The notes below the pieces were generated by a model. That model ran no database searches. It was not told the origin of the DNA and was given only the letters and a program-made list of their open reading frames with translations. The position numbers and the translations under genes were made by a program. This document shows, piece by piece, positions 9,971-19,303 of a DNA stretch of 64,000 bases. Source of the DNA: Escherichia phage vB_EcoM_KWBSE43-6; the sequence record NC_048186.1; one strand, given 5' to 3'. How positions within the stretch are numbered: the stretch's first letter is position 1; every line of letters starts with the position of its first letter.

Positions 9971-10851
9971 TTCCTCAACATCATAGCCAGCACGTTAGAA
10001 CTTTTGGACAGCTGTTTCTTTTCATCAGCAGTCTTCTTGACAGTCGGGCGGCGGGTAGCCTTTTCCGGTACGCGATGCGCCAGCGGGTCTGAACCACCAA
10101 CTTCGCGTGTCATTGGATGGTCTTCGCAATACTTATAGAATTCTTTGAAGACGAACCCAGCGTCACGGACTTCATTGATGATCATGTGATGAATGGCATT
10201 GCCAATGACCCACAGCGGTGCGTCGAATGGCAATTGGGCAACTTCGCTGCCAACGCCGTTCTTTTTGTAGAGGACGTCCTGACCGCTGTATGAATCTACA
10301 ACGACATCCCAGCCCGCCGCCGCCATTTCAGATTTAGACTTTTCAAATTCTTTCTGATAAGACTCATTCCGAGTCCAGCCCGAATCCCCGGCTTCTTTAC
10401 CAGAACGCCCACGGATACGAGCATCATACTGATAACGATCCGGATACGTGAAGTACAACAGCGCCAGTTGCTCAATAGGATAATTGGCAAACAGCCATTC
10501 TGGACGCCATTTATCAGACAGCATCAACGGTTCACCCTCACAGACGAGCGTATATCCCGCGCTGAGATGTTCTTTGACCAGTTCGCGGGCGATATCACCA
10601 GAACCTGTCGCGGCATGGATAGCGTCCATCGAGGTCCACGAGGCAAGACCGGATTTGTTTGACGCAGTATACTGGCCGACAAACATTAATTTCAGTTCAT
10701 CAAAGGCCAGGCCAAACAGGCGCGTTTTATCGCCGATGGTATAAGTGACCTCGCGCGGCTCGAGGCGAGTACGCAGCCATTCTATGAACTGTACCACACG
10801 AGTGCCCTTGCCCGTGCCGCTTGTGCCTTTGATTACAATCAGTTTTGACAT
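9967..10851 (-). CDS. P-loop kinase; candidate 5-hydroxymethyluracil DNA kinase
   Basis: 294-aa ORF; Walker A GTSGTGKGT near N-terminus; ATG at 10851 confirmed. Confidence 0.55.
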   Translation of the reverse strand: MSKLIVIKGTSGTGKGTRVVQFIEWLRTRLEPREVTYTIGDKTRLFGLAFDELKLMFVGQYTASNKSGLASWTSMDAIHAATGSGDIARELVKEHLSAGYTLVCEGEPLMLSDKWRPEWLFANYPIEQLALLYFTYPDRYQYDARIRGRSGKEAGDSGWTRNESYQKEFEKSKSEMAAAGWDVVVDSYSGQDVLYKKNGVGSEVAQLPFDAPLWVIGNAIHHMIINEVRDAGFVFKEFYKYCEDHPMTREVGGSDPLAHRVPEKATRRPTVKKTADEKKQLSKSSNVLAMMLRK

Positions 10852-11222
10852 TAGTTGTCATCCTCAATACGCCATGATACACCGCCAAGCCAAGGCGACC
10901 AGAATACAGCGACCTTCTGGCGACCATATTCTTCGAATTTCACTTTATAACGGTCATCGAAGTCATAGAAAATTTCATCTTCTTCAGAACGTAATAAAGA
11001 ATCTACTGCTAATGAATGAAATTTCTGAGCTGCTCCAACGGGAGTAGGAGTTTCCATCCCCCTGATATAATTGTTTACAGCCGAAACGATCGGATGTACG
11101 ATGCTTTTCGCGGAAACTACAGGCTGAGTTGTAACTTTCAATTCGTTAGACACTTCAGACTCCTTGACGGACAAATTGGTAATGTGCAACCAGGCGGTCA
11201 ACGACTTCTGTAAAATTTTCAC
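10851..11222 (-). CDS. hypothetical protein (start uncertain)
   Basis: 123-aa ORF overlapping upstream gene by about 68 nt. Confidence 0.4.
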   Translation of the reverse strand: MKILQKSLTAWLHITNLSVKESEVSNELKVTTQPVVSAKSIVHPIVSAVNNYIRGMETPTPVGAAQKFHSLAVDSLLRSEEDEIFYDFDDRYKVKFEEYGRQKVAVFWSPWLGGVSWRIEDDN

Positions 11223-11946
11223 GCAGATAGTCGAAGTGGTTGCGGCCTTCTACTGGTTTAACATATATCATATTTTCTGAATCCGAAAGATCCAGTTTTT
11301 CATAATTCCCCTGAGGAACGAAGATGCTGAAAACATTGTTCCAGATGCACGGGTCGACATATTTCGGATTGTCGTCAATCAAAACATCGCCAGCAACCAT
11401 GTGCTTTTCATCCGTGCTGATGAAGCCATTGAAGATGTTCGGGAACTTGCCATACACGAACTGACGTTTGCTGCGTTCGTGCTCGGGTTCACATTTGGTG
11501 ACAGCAACAAATTCCACCATTTCAAACTTCATGAGCAGCGCATCATGCAAGTTGTTCAAGAACTCTACCGCACCGGGCAACGGCTGCATACGGGAGTACA
11601 GATCAGGTTGGCGCCAAAAGTCCATCGGGTCGCGTCCGTTTGACATATAATGGGTCTTACCGCCGATACTGACATATGAATGTGACCATGCCGGATGAGC
11701 ACGTTCACGCATCAGGATTGCCAAATCACCCGCATGGTTCATATAACATTGCTTGGTGATCGGCTGGAATTTAGCAGGGCCAACAATCCCGTCCGGGAGA
11801 CTTGCTTGGGCTTCCAGGTTTCCGTCATTAAACCATTTGACCCAAGGCGATAGACTATCGACGATTGTCAGATCAACGTCCACCAAAACCCGGTACAGGC
11901 CTCCGACCTTTGAGTTCATATCGTATAGGCAAGTCAGGTTGTTCAT
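11155..11946 (-). CDS. HAD-superfamily hydrolase-like protein (possible nucleotidase/phosphatase)
   Basis: 263-aa ORF; DxDxT-type motif VDVDLTIVD near N-terminus. Confidence 0.5.
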   Translation of the reverse strand: MNNLTCLYDMNSKVGGLYRVLVDVDLTIVDSLSPWVKWFNDGNLEAQASLPDGIVGPAKFQPITKQCYMNHAGDLAILMRERAHPAWSHSYVSIGGKTHYMSNGRDPMDFWRQPDLYSRMQPLPGAVEFLNNLHDALLMKFEMVEFVAVTKCEPEHERSKRQFVYGKFPNIFNGFISTDEKHMVAGDVLIDDNPKYVDPCIWNNVFSIFVPQGNYEKLDLSDSENMIYVKPVEGRNHFDYLRENFTEVVDRLVAHYQFVRQGV

Positions 11947-12302
11947 TTATCTTCCTCCACTTTATCATATCCTGTCGCTTTACAACCATCAGCCTGGCAG
12001 TCGCCATACAGGACAACCATGGAGTCTTTTACGAAAGTAGAACAATGATACAGCTCCGTCGTTGGATCGCTGTCATCGTAATTGCAAACGGTCTGGATCG
12101 GGCCGGGAGTAGTACCCTGGAGGGCGGCATGTGCTTTAACCATGTCATCCATTTTGGTCTGAGCCTGGTCTTGGGTGAAGTCCGGCCCGCTGAGATCTGG
12201 TGTGTCCAAGAGAGCAGAGCAAGCAGACAGAGACACTGACAGAGTGAACGCCAGCATGATTTTGTAGAACAGAACGGTTTTATTGAGTTTCATCTTAATC
12301 AC
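11943..12302 (-). CDS. putative lipoprotein
   Basis: 119-aa ORF; signal peptide followed by lipobox-like LSAC. Confidence 0.55.
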   Translation of the reverse strand: MIKMKLNKTVLFYKIMLAFTLSVSLSACSALLDTPDLSGPDFTQDQAQTKMDDMVKAHAALQGTTPGPIQTVCNYDDSDPTTELYHCSTFVKDSMVVLYGDCQADGCKATGYDKVEEDK

Positions 12303-12359
12303 CTATTTTTGTCAAAGGGAAACAACAAGGGGAATTATATCCCCCTGTCGGTTATTGAA

Positions 12360-12647
12360 TTAGTGAGAAGCCAAAGAATTATTGTGGTCTACCATAAATT
12401 GGTAGTTGCCACCGAATTTTTTGACCGCATCAATCTCGTGTTGTCCCCATTGATATTGGTAACGCTGGAACAATTCTCCTGGCACAACTTCAATCTCAAA
12501 CTCAAAGAAGCAGTCTTGGCAGAGAACTTTCCCTTCTTCAGTGAAAGATTTTGCTATCAAAAGCGTCACGTCCGGGCCGGGTCTTCCAAATATATACAAA
12601 TATGGATTCCCCAAAACCACTTCATTACCACGTTGATCAACAATCAT
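12360..12647 (-). CDS. hypothetical protein
   Basis: 95-aa ORF directly downstream of DNA polymerase. Confidence 0.45.
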   Translation of the reverse strand: MIVDQRGNEVVLGNPYLYIFGRPGPDVTLLIAKSFTEEGKVLCQDCFFEFEIEVVPGELFQRYQYQWGQHEIDAVKKFGGNYQFMVDHNNSLASH

Positions 12648-12650
12648 TTT

Positions 12651-15647
12651 CTACCCCTTTTTACCCATCATCGCTAATAAATTGACCCGACGTTTGTGAG
12701 ACCAGCCAACGACCGTCAGTATAGACTGGATCGGTTCGATGAATGACTTCTCAAATGCCGTGTTGTAATCCACCCATTTCGCCATATCCAATTCTTCGGG
12801 GAAGAACTCTGGATAGGCGAAATAGTTCTGACCGAATGGATTACCAGCTTTCAGCAGAACAATGTTGACTTTATCGCCAGATTCTATTAACGGTAAATCG
12901 AGTTCTTCATGTTTCTCCACCAGGCGATTGTAGCCGACGCATGCCTTTGCAGCAAAGTGCGCCCCAGAGATAAAGGATCCGTCAGGAGCCACGCACTTCT
13001 CAATATCAGAGACACCTGATGCCTTCGCAATATCATCGACGCTCAGTTTCATGTACTCATCTTTATACGTCTTGATGAGGTCTTGGACTTCGCTTTCCGT
13101 GCCTAAAAGAATGCGCTCATAGCACTTGATGAGACGTTCACGACACCATTCTGGCGTTGTTGATTTACGCGCCTCAAGACCTTTGAATTTGATCTTCGGC
13201 TTCTCATATTTGATGCCTTCACTGTCATAGACAGCCATGCAATACATCTTCTTGGCACGCCATACTGCAGCAGACGCAATGACTTCACGCTCCCAAACCA
13301 TGCGCTGTTCGTAGCCATTCATCGTATTGCAGAGCATCTGCGCCCATTCATTGGTCTTGGGCTGGTAATTCTCCTTGATCCATTGGTCGATATTATCAAC
13401 GAGTTTGTGGTGATCAGTTTCTCCTTCCCACAATTTCTTGACCAGGCGCTCGATACAGATATAGTTCGAGTCCGTGTCCCCCGCGATAACATAATCCAGG
13501 CCGCTGGTCCCGCACAATCCGTTAAGATAATCGTCAGTGTAACGTTTGTTCCACTTATTGATCAACTGCCCTGAAGTTGTAATCGCTTCCGCAATGTTGA
13601 GGTTAAAGTATTCTTTAAACCAGACGTTAGAGATTGCACCATAACCTGCGTTCATCAAGATCTTCAGACCTTGCTGTAACGTGTCTTGGGCAACGCCAAG
13701 GTCTTCCCATTTGTGCATCACTTCGGACAGGTGATCAAGGTCGATGTTTTTGTGCTCTTCATACCAGTCTTGGTCAAAGTAGCGGGATTTCATCGCGGAT
13801 TCAAGGTGGAAGTCACCCTTAGACATTTCCTTACACCAGCCCGCCCATTGCTCATACTTCAGACCCTTGGCCTTCTCACCTTTACGGTCAGCGTAAATGC
13901 CGCGCATGATCTCAGAGAGGAAGGACATTTTCTCATTACTGAAGAATTGAACGTTTGGTGTAAACGACACGTTGTAACGCACGAGGGTTTCAAACCGGAA
14001 TTCACCCAGGGCAACCAGTTCATCTACAACCTGTAGGCGTTCATCAATCGCGCGGAGCAGTTTGTCATGAAGATTCTTCATATGGCGACGTTTATGCATC
14101 GGCGTCGTCATATCATTCATCTTGACAGCAAGCTCTTCACACATGGCTTCAATGATTTCACGACGGGTGTGTTTATCACCGATAATCGTTTCAGGCCCGA
14201 GGTTGTACTGCTGAATGATGTGTGGGTACAGGGAGTTCAAGTCCTCTGAGAAGACCCAATAATAGATCCCTGGCGCCACTTCCATGACATATGCGCCTTC
14301 AAAGTTTGTCGGCCCATCATAGACGCGCTGGACTTTGGGAACAATCCCCTTTTCGTACAGCTTGTAATAACACATGGCCAACCATGGCGCTACCGTGCCC
14401 AAACCGTCTTCAAAGTTAGATTTGGTGCGATACGCCAGGACAAACATCAGCTGAATGAGACGCAGTTTTTGTTCCAGACGCCAGACGAGTTTGACGTCCT
14501 TAATACCATACCGGGTGTGCTTACAATAATCGTTGAAATACAGATCAAACAGTGATTTGCTCTCACTGTAATCCATCTTCTTCTCACCGAGTTCGCAATA
14601 TGCAATCCAGTCCAAAGAATATCTTTCACGTGTGGTGTACGTGTGCTTCTTATAGACCTGCAGGTAATCCAACATAGGACAACCAACGAACTGATAAGTC
14701 GTGATGTCACCTTTCTTATCCCGGATGATGCGCTTTTTTATCTTACCCCAAGGACTCAGGCGATTAGTGTCGGCTTCACCCAATACTTGCATACAGCGTT
14801 CTACCAGATACGGGCTATCGAATTGCTCAATGTTCCAGCCTGTCCAACCGTCAAAGGCCCGCGCTTCCCAGTAATCAACAAATGACCGCAGCAGATCTTG
14901 TTCGGTGGTGAACTCTTGATATTCTACTTCCAGACCACCGATCTCTTCATCATTTGGGTCATATTTGAACTTATGGCGATCCTTAGAACACGGCATCCCC
15001 CAGACCATATATTTGTTATTGGTCAGATCCTGGAGCTGAATGAGCGTAATCGGGAATGCCGCATTCATGTTCTGGGTGATCTTACCATTTGCGTCAATAA
15101 TGGGGAACTGGTCGGTCACGTTGTTGGAGATAAAGGAGCCGGGGAAATGCTCGCGGACGAACGCATGGTTGGCCAAGATACGTTTATGGAACTGACGGAC
15201 GCGCGCCGCGCTCCCTTTGAACGTCTGTAGTTCTATCGTCGGGTGCGGGAATGGACCTTTAGTCATCTGCCCATCGACCCATCCTGCAGAGAACACTTCG
15301 ATATCAAGATTGGCGATATGAATGTTGTTGTAATCTGGCTGAATCGTACCGGGGAAACTGTGGGCGATGAATTGGTAGGCATAGTCAGTCTGACCGTATA
15401 TCGCCGCGCCTTCTACATCCTTGTATTCCTCCATATAGTTGTCGGCGTCACGCATAGACGCAAACTTTTTAGAAATCAGAGGTTCGTTCAACAGGCCGAC
15501 TTTTTCAACATTAGAATAATCAGCCGTGGGTAAATACAGAGTGGGTTCGAATTTCTTTTTGAGCATGCGACGGTTGCCCATGTCATCTGCAATTCGAACT
15601 AACAGGTCGTTGCCTTGCCGGGCGACGTTAGTATAGAAAACAGTCAT
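12651..15647 (-). CDS. DNA polymerase, family B (T4 gp43-like)
   Basis: N-terminus MTVFYTNVARQGNDLLVRIADD aligns with T4 gp43 as recalled; motifs DIEV (exo), DLNSLYPHI, KILMNAGYG, YVIAGDTDS; true start ATG at 15647 with GGAGA SD (ORF track extends to 15830). Confidence 0.9.
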   Translation of the reverse strand: MTVFYTNVARQGNDLLVRIADDMGNRRMLKKKFEPTLYLPTADYSNVEKVGLLNEPLISKKFASMRDADNYMEEYKDVEGAAIYGQTDYAYQFIAHSFPGTIQPDYNNIHIANLDIEVFSAGWVDGQMTKGPFPHPTIELQTFKGSAARVRQFHKRILANHAFVREHFPGSFISNNVTDQFPIIDANGKITQNMNAAFPITLIQLQDLTNNKYMVWGMPCSKDRHKFKYDPNDEEIGGLEVEYQEFTTEQDLLRSFVDYWEARAFDGWTGWNIEQFDSPYLVERCMQVLGEADTNRLSPWGKIKKRIIRDKKGDITTYQFVGCPMLDYLQVYKKHTYTTRERYSLDWIAYCELGEKKMDYSESKSLFDLYFNDYCKHTRYGIKDVKLVWRLEQKLRLIQLMFVLAYRTKSNFEDGLGTVAPWLAMCYYKLYEKGIVPKVQRVYDGPTNFEGAYVMEVAPGIYYWVFSEDLNSLYPHIIQQYNLGPETIIGDKHTRREIIEAMCEELAVKMNDMTTPMHKRRHMKNLHDKLLRAIDERLQVVDELVALGEFRFETLVRYNVSFTPNVQFFSNEKMSFLSEIMRGIYADRKGEKAKGLKYEQWAGWCKEMSKGDFHLESAMKSRYFDQDWYEEHKNIDLDHLSEVMHKWEDLGVAQDTLQQGLKILMNAGYGAISNVWFKEYFNLNIAEAITTSGQLINKWNKRYTDDYLNGLCGTSGLDYVIAGDTDSNYICIERLVKKLWEGETDHHKLVDNIDQWIKENYQPKTNEWAQMLCNTMNGYEQRMVWEREVIASAAVWRAKKMYCMAVYDSEGIKYEKPKIKFKGLEARKSTTPEWCRERLIKCYERILLGTESEVQDLIKTYKDEYMKLSVDDIAKASGVSDIEKCVAPDGSFISGAHFAAKACVGYNRLVEKHEELDLPLIESGDKVNIVLLKAGNPFGQNYFAYPEFFPEELDMAKWVDYNTAFEKSFIEPIQSILTVVGWSHKRRVNLLAMMGKKG

Positions 15648-15725
15648 TGTATTCTCCAGGTTATCCGTGCCGTTAGCACGTTCCCATAATTTAGCCGAGG
15701 AGGGTTCATTGACCAAGGAGTTTAT

Positions 15726-16298
15726 ATGGCAATCCCCTTGGTAAGCATGATTCCTGGCGCTTTGAAACAGCTCTGGAATCTGGGAACTGATTTGATTCAA
15801 TATAAGCGGGAAATTGTAAGCGCCAAGCACGATGTCAAGTTAGAAGCGATCAAATCGTCTTCCGACTGGGAACTATCTAAGATCACAGAAGTTGGTGGTT
15901 CTTGGAAAGATGAATTCTGGACTATCGTTCTTGCTATCCCCGCGATCCTCGTTATGTTAGCTCCAGTTGTGGAACTGCTTTTGTTCCCCGGTGAATATCA
16001 TAAAGGGGATTTCATCAAAGCAGTAGTCGGTGGCATGCAAGCCCTGGATACCGCGCCTGATTGGTATACTGCTTCATTATTGACAGCAATTAGTGCATCA
16101 TTCGGTATCAAAGGCTACAACCACTTTAAAAGCAACAGCCGCAAGGCGCAAGCTGTCGATGCCCTTAAACAATTCGGCGTCAAAGTGGTTAGCAAAGATC
16201 CCACTGTTGTTACTCAGTCGGGTTCTCCCGATCTTGAGTCTGCTCCCCCAGCTGGGTCTACTGCGACCTCTGGTGCGTGGCCTGATCTGAAGAAATAA
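15726..16298 (+). CDS. membrane protein, hypothetical
   Basis: 190-aa ORF with central TM segment; divergent from polymerase gene. Confidence 0.5.
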   Translation: MAIPLVSMIPGALKQLWNLGTDLIQYKREIVSAKHDVKLEAIKSSSDWELSKITEVGGSWKDEFWTIVLAIPAILVMLAPVVELLLFPGEYHKGDFIKAVVGGMQALDTAPDWYTASLLTAISASFGIKGYNHFKSNSRKAQAVDALKQFGVKVVSKDPTVVTQSGSPDLESAPPAGSTATSGAWPDLKK

Positions 16299-16305
16299 GG
16301 TTCAA

Positions 16306-16329
16306 GGGGCTTCGGCCCCTTTCTTTTGG
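16306..16329 (+). terminator. rho-independent terminator
   Basis: aaggggcttcggcccctt followed by tcttttg. Confidence 0.6.
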
Positions 16330-16338
16330 TGTTAAGGA

Positions 16339-16551
16339 ATGGATGTGGTAAACAAGAGATTGCTCGTCACCCAGGGCGGGGCGACGATAGTAAGAGGCCG
16401 GATTTATGAACAAACTAAACTCGGCTCACACAAAACTAGACTGAAAGTGAAAGCGCCAGATGGTGGTTGGCCCACAAATGTCATTGTTCCCGATGGTCTC
16501 TTAGAACGAGGGTTCGCGACATATCGAGGGGCAGAGTTCAAAATTTATTAA
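16339..16551 (+). CDS. hypothetical small protein
   Basis: 70-aa ORF. Confidence 0.4.
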   Translation: MDVVNKRLLVTQGGATIVRGRIYEQTKLGSHKTRLKVKAPDGGWPTNVIVPDGLLERGFATYRGAEFKIY

Positions 16552-16645
16552 AATATTTATTGAAAAACTTTACTTCTTCAATAACTGACGTATACTTCAA
16601 ATTGTAGTACGAACAAACAACAAATTGAAGAGAAGGAAATACATC

Positions 16646-17173
16646 ATGAAAATTTTAGCAGAAACCGCAAACAAAAACACAGTTTTGTCTGATGCAGGTG
16701 AAGGCCACGTTTTCGGTAACTTCTTCGGTGCTGTGGAAGGCGACAAAATTTCTGCTGGGCGTTACATGGTCGTATATCATCCTATCATGAAAGGCGTTCG
16801 CCAAGAGATGAAACAAAAATTTGACTCCTACGTTGACGCCATGCAGTTCTTCCTGTTCCAGAAGCGCCATGAGCGTTTTGTAGAAGCCAAAGACGCCGGG
16901 CTGGACGATGCAACTGCCGAACTGATTGCCGAAGGAAAAATGACTCTTGAAGCCGCTCTGGGCGATATGGATATGGACGCCGAAGCACATTGGATTGAAT
17001 ATTCCGCATATCAGAACGAATGCGAAGATGATCCGGAAGATGACGGGTTTGATCCAGATCTCCACGGCGGCGAAGACGACAATACCCCTCCTCTGGAAAT
17101 TCTGATGGCAGGTGGTCAGGCCGCTTGGGAATGGCAGAACGAGAAAAATGCCTGGCTGGATAGCCGCCTCTAA
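16646..17173 (+). CDS. hypothetical acidic protein
   Basis: ORF track 16625..17173; ATG at 16646 preceded by GAAGGAAA SD. Confidence 0.55.
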   Translation: MKILAETANKNTVLSDAGEGHVFGNFFGAVEGDKISAGRYMVVYHPIMKGVRQEMKQKFDSYVDAMQFFLFQKRHERFVEAKDAGLDDATAELIAEGKMTLEAALGDMDMDAEAHWIEYSAYQNECEDDPEDDGFDPDLHGGEDDNTPPLEILMAGGQAAWEWQNEKNAWLDSRL

Positions 17174-17231
17174 TATCAGGTAAAGCCCCTCCGGGGGCTT
17201 CTTCCCCAAATTTGAAATGTAGGACTATATC

Positions 17232-17774
17232 ATGACAATACCTAAAACTGCTGTGCGCCTTGCAGTCGAGCCTCTCTTATCACAGGCTGAAGACGCCGCT
17301 GTCATCTCGGCGAACAATATTATTGCCAAAGTGATGACGGATCTTGAATCCCATGGGTGGGACATTAACAAAGCTGCTCCCTGGCCGTCGTCTGTTGGGA
17401 TTCGTTTAGGGCATCCCGATTATAATAAGATGAAGTCAAAGCACACTCTGTATCACTCCCTGGTGAAAATCGTGTCTTCAACATATCAACCGGGACAACC
17501 TGAGATTGTCAAGGCGGATGAAGACCGCCAAAAACGTTTCATTGAAGAAGCCCGCCGGAATGCGGCGTTGCAATATGAGTCGTTCATCTGCAAACTGGAA
17601 GACAAAATCGGAGGGCACAGCGCTGCTACCCTAGAAGGTTCTCATGTCTGGGGATATTCAATCCTGACAGTGACAACCCCAGAGGGAATTCAGCGCTGGA
17701 AGACACAGACGATTGTTAACGTCTCTGTCCTGGGCAAAATCTTCAACCAATATCCTACTCGTCGGGTGAAATAA
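17232..17774 (+). CDS. hypothetical protein
   Basis: 180-aa ORF. Confidence 0.55.
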   Translation: MTIPKTAVRLAVEPLLSQAEDAAVISANNIIAKVMTDLESHGWDINKAAPWPSSVGIRLGHPDYNKMKSKHTLYHSLVKIVSSTYQPGQPEIVKADEDRQKRFIEEARRNAALQYESFICKLEDKIGGHSAATLEGSHVWGYSILTVTTPEGIQRWKTQTIVNVSVLGKIFNQYPTRRVK

Positions 17775-18145
17775 TGAAAAATTTTGCAGAAGAACTTCAA
17801 GACCATATCGATAAGGCGAAGTCTTGGAATGCCATGGGTAACGTAGAAAAGGCTGTTGACATCTTCGTGAAGGCGTTAAAGAAAGATCTGATAACACAAG
17901 CCAAACATGGAGTTGAAATTGATGACATGGGTTATGTTGTCGGTAGTCAATCATTCGACAACATCTATGCGGCATTTCACCAAGCATATAAATCCCCTCA
18001 TTACCCGACCGATTTTCAAGTCAAGAAGTTCAAGAATCTGTTGAGAGCCAGGTTGTTAGACGAAGGACTGAAGTTTGAATTAAGGAAGGATGAACGCACG
18101 GATATTATTACCATGAAATTCACTGTCCACTCTGACAGCATCTAA
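17774..18145 (+). CDS. hypothetical protein
   Basis: 123-aa ORF, start overlaps previous stop. Confidence 0.55.
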   Translation: MKNFAEELQDHIDKAKSWNAMGNVEKAVDIFVKALKKDLITQAKHGVEIDDMGYVVGSQSFDNIYAAFHQAYKSPHYPTDFQVKKFKNLLRARLLDEGLKFELRKDERTDIITMKFTVHSDSI

Positions 18146-18146
18146 A

Positions 18147-18172
18147 AGAAGGGGCTTTCGCCCCTTTTCTTA
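18147..18172. terminator. bidirectional terminator hairpin between convergent genes
   Basis: aaggggctttcgcccctt with T-runs on both strands. Confidence 0.6.
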
Positions 18173-18622
18173 TTCCCAGAAATCATCGTCATCATCGACT
18201 TCCGCCAATTCAGTATCCAGATCTTCATCCGAATACTCCGGCAATTTACCATTCTGTTGCAGGTAAGCGATCTCATCATCTTCCAGCTGCAGGTCGGTGG
18301 CGATAAAAAGTGCATCGCTTTCTTCGTCATGCTCAATGCTGTACGACGTATATTCCATGCCCTGAACGGTAATGATGATGCTGGTCGGATCATCGGGGTC
18401 GACGTGTGCCTCGAAAGGAACTCCATCAATCGGAGCGTCTTCCAGGAAAGTTGCCAGGGCGATAGCAGCACGAACAACGTCGGTGCCTTCTACGGACGCA
18501 TAGATCTCTTCAGCGCCAGTTTCCCCGCGCTCAAAAAACTCTATGGTTGTGCCGTCTTGAACGCCAGTCCATATTGGAGCGTCCAGTATTGATTCAGATT
18601 CGAATAAAGTGGAGATTGCCAT
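18170..18622 (-). CDS. hypothetical acidic protein
   Basis: 150-aa ORF, poly-Asp C-terminus. Confidence 0.5.
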   Translation of the reverse strand: MAISTLFESESILDAPIWTGVQDGTTIEFFERGETGAEEIYASVEGTDVVRAAIALATFLEDAPIDGVPFEAHVDPDDPTSIIITVQGMEYTSYSIEHDEESDALFIATDLQLEDDEIAYLQQNGKLPEYSDEDLDTELAEVDDDDDFWE

Positions 18623-18654
18623 GTCAGTGATCCTCAGTGTGGATTATGGGGTAT

Positions 18655-19122
18655 TTAGGCTTCCCCCGTCCGCACCGCGATACCAGATTTGTATAACACC
18701 ATCTCAACAATCATCGTATCGTCTAGAGAAACAACAGAGTCATAACCCATATCCATCAAAGCACGAGCATTTTCATGAACAGTACCCGGAGGAATATCCA
18801 ATTCCCTCATCTTGTCTTCCCAAACGGATACATTATTGGAATGTAGGACCAGAGTTCTCCGAGGATTCACCCTAAAGACAAGAACATGTGGTTCACCAAA
18901 CTGGCGATAACGAGTAGCATTTTCCGCATACTGAAGAGCGACTTCTGGTTTTCCTGACAGATAGAACCCCGGCCCCATTGTCCCGGCGTCAGTCTGTCCA
19001 AACTTCTTAAAGTCGAATTCATCAAAAACAACATTGGATCCATGATACAACTCCAAATTTGTCATATCTGGGACGGCATCATGATAAAAGAATTCCAAAA
19101 AGGTTTTCATAAAATACCCCAT
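18655..19122 (-). CDS. hypothetical protein; possible ADP-ribosyltransferase-like fold
   Basis: 155-aa ORF; N-terminal YHGS motif followed by GPGFYLS; weak motif-level resemblance only. Confidence 0.4.
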   Translation of the reverse strand: MGYFMKTFLEFFYHDAVPDMTNLELYHGSNVVFDEFDFKKFGQTDAGTMGPGFYLSGKPEVALQYAENATRYRQFGEPHVLVFRVNPRRTLVLHSNNVSVWEDKMRELDIPPGTVHENARALMDMGYDSVVSLDDTMIVEMVLYKSGIAVRTGEA

Positions 19123-19150
19123 ACGGATTGTATGGGGTATTTAGGAGGGA

Positions 19151-19303
19151 TCAGTTACCACCAGGACAGAACACGTTCCCGCAGAGAGGACCGCCATCAT
19201 TATCTCTGCGACCACAAGTGCTACAGAAACCACCATAATTCGGCTTCTGCTTGAGTGGAGAAACGGTTTTCTGTTGTTGAGGGACGACTTTCTTTATTTT
19301 CAT
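19151..19303 (-). CDS. small Cys-rich (zinc-ribbon-like) protein, 50 aa, not in ORF track
   Basis: Manual translation MKIKKVVPQQQKTVSPLKQKPNYGGFCSTCGRRDNDGGPLCGNVFCPGGN; ATG overlaps stop of upstream PLP-enzyme gene (ATGA coupling). Confidence 0.45.
   Translation of the reverse strand: MKIKKVVPQQQKTVSPLKQKPNYGGFCSTCGRRDNDGGPLCGNVFCPGGN

Noticed and set aside
12651-15830. Possible intein or homing-endonuclease insertion in the DNA polymerase (about 100 aa longer than T4 gp43)
   Set aside because: The extra length is spread as modest insertions (about 45 aa between motif A and motif B regions) with no Cys/Ser...His-Asn boundaries; the first 61 codons of the ORF-track entry are an upstream extension.
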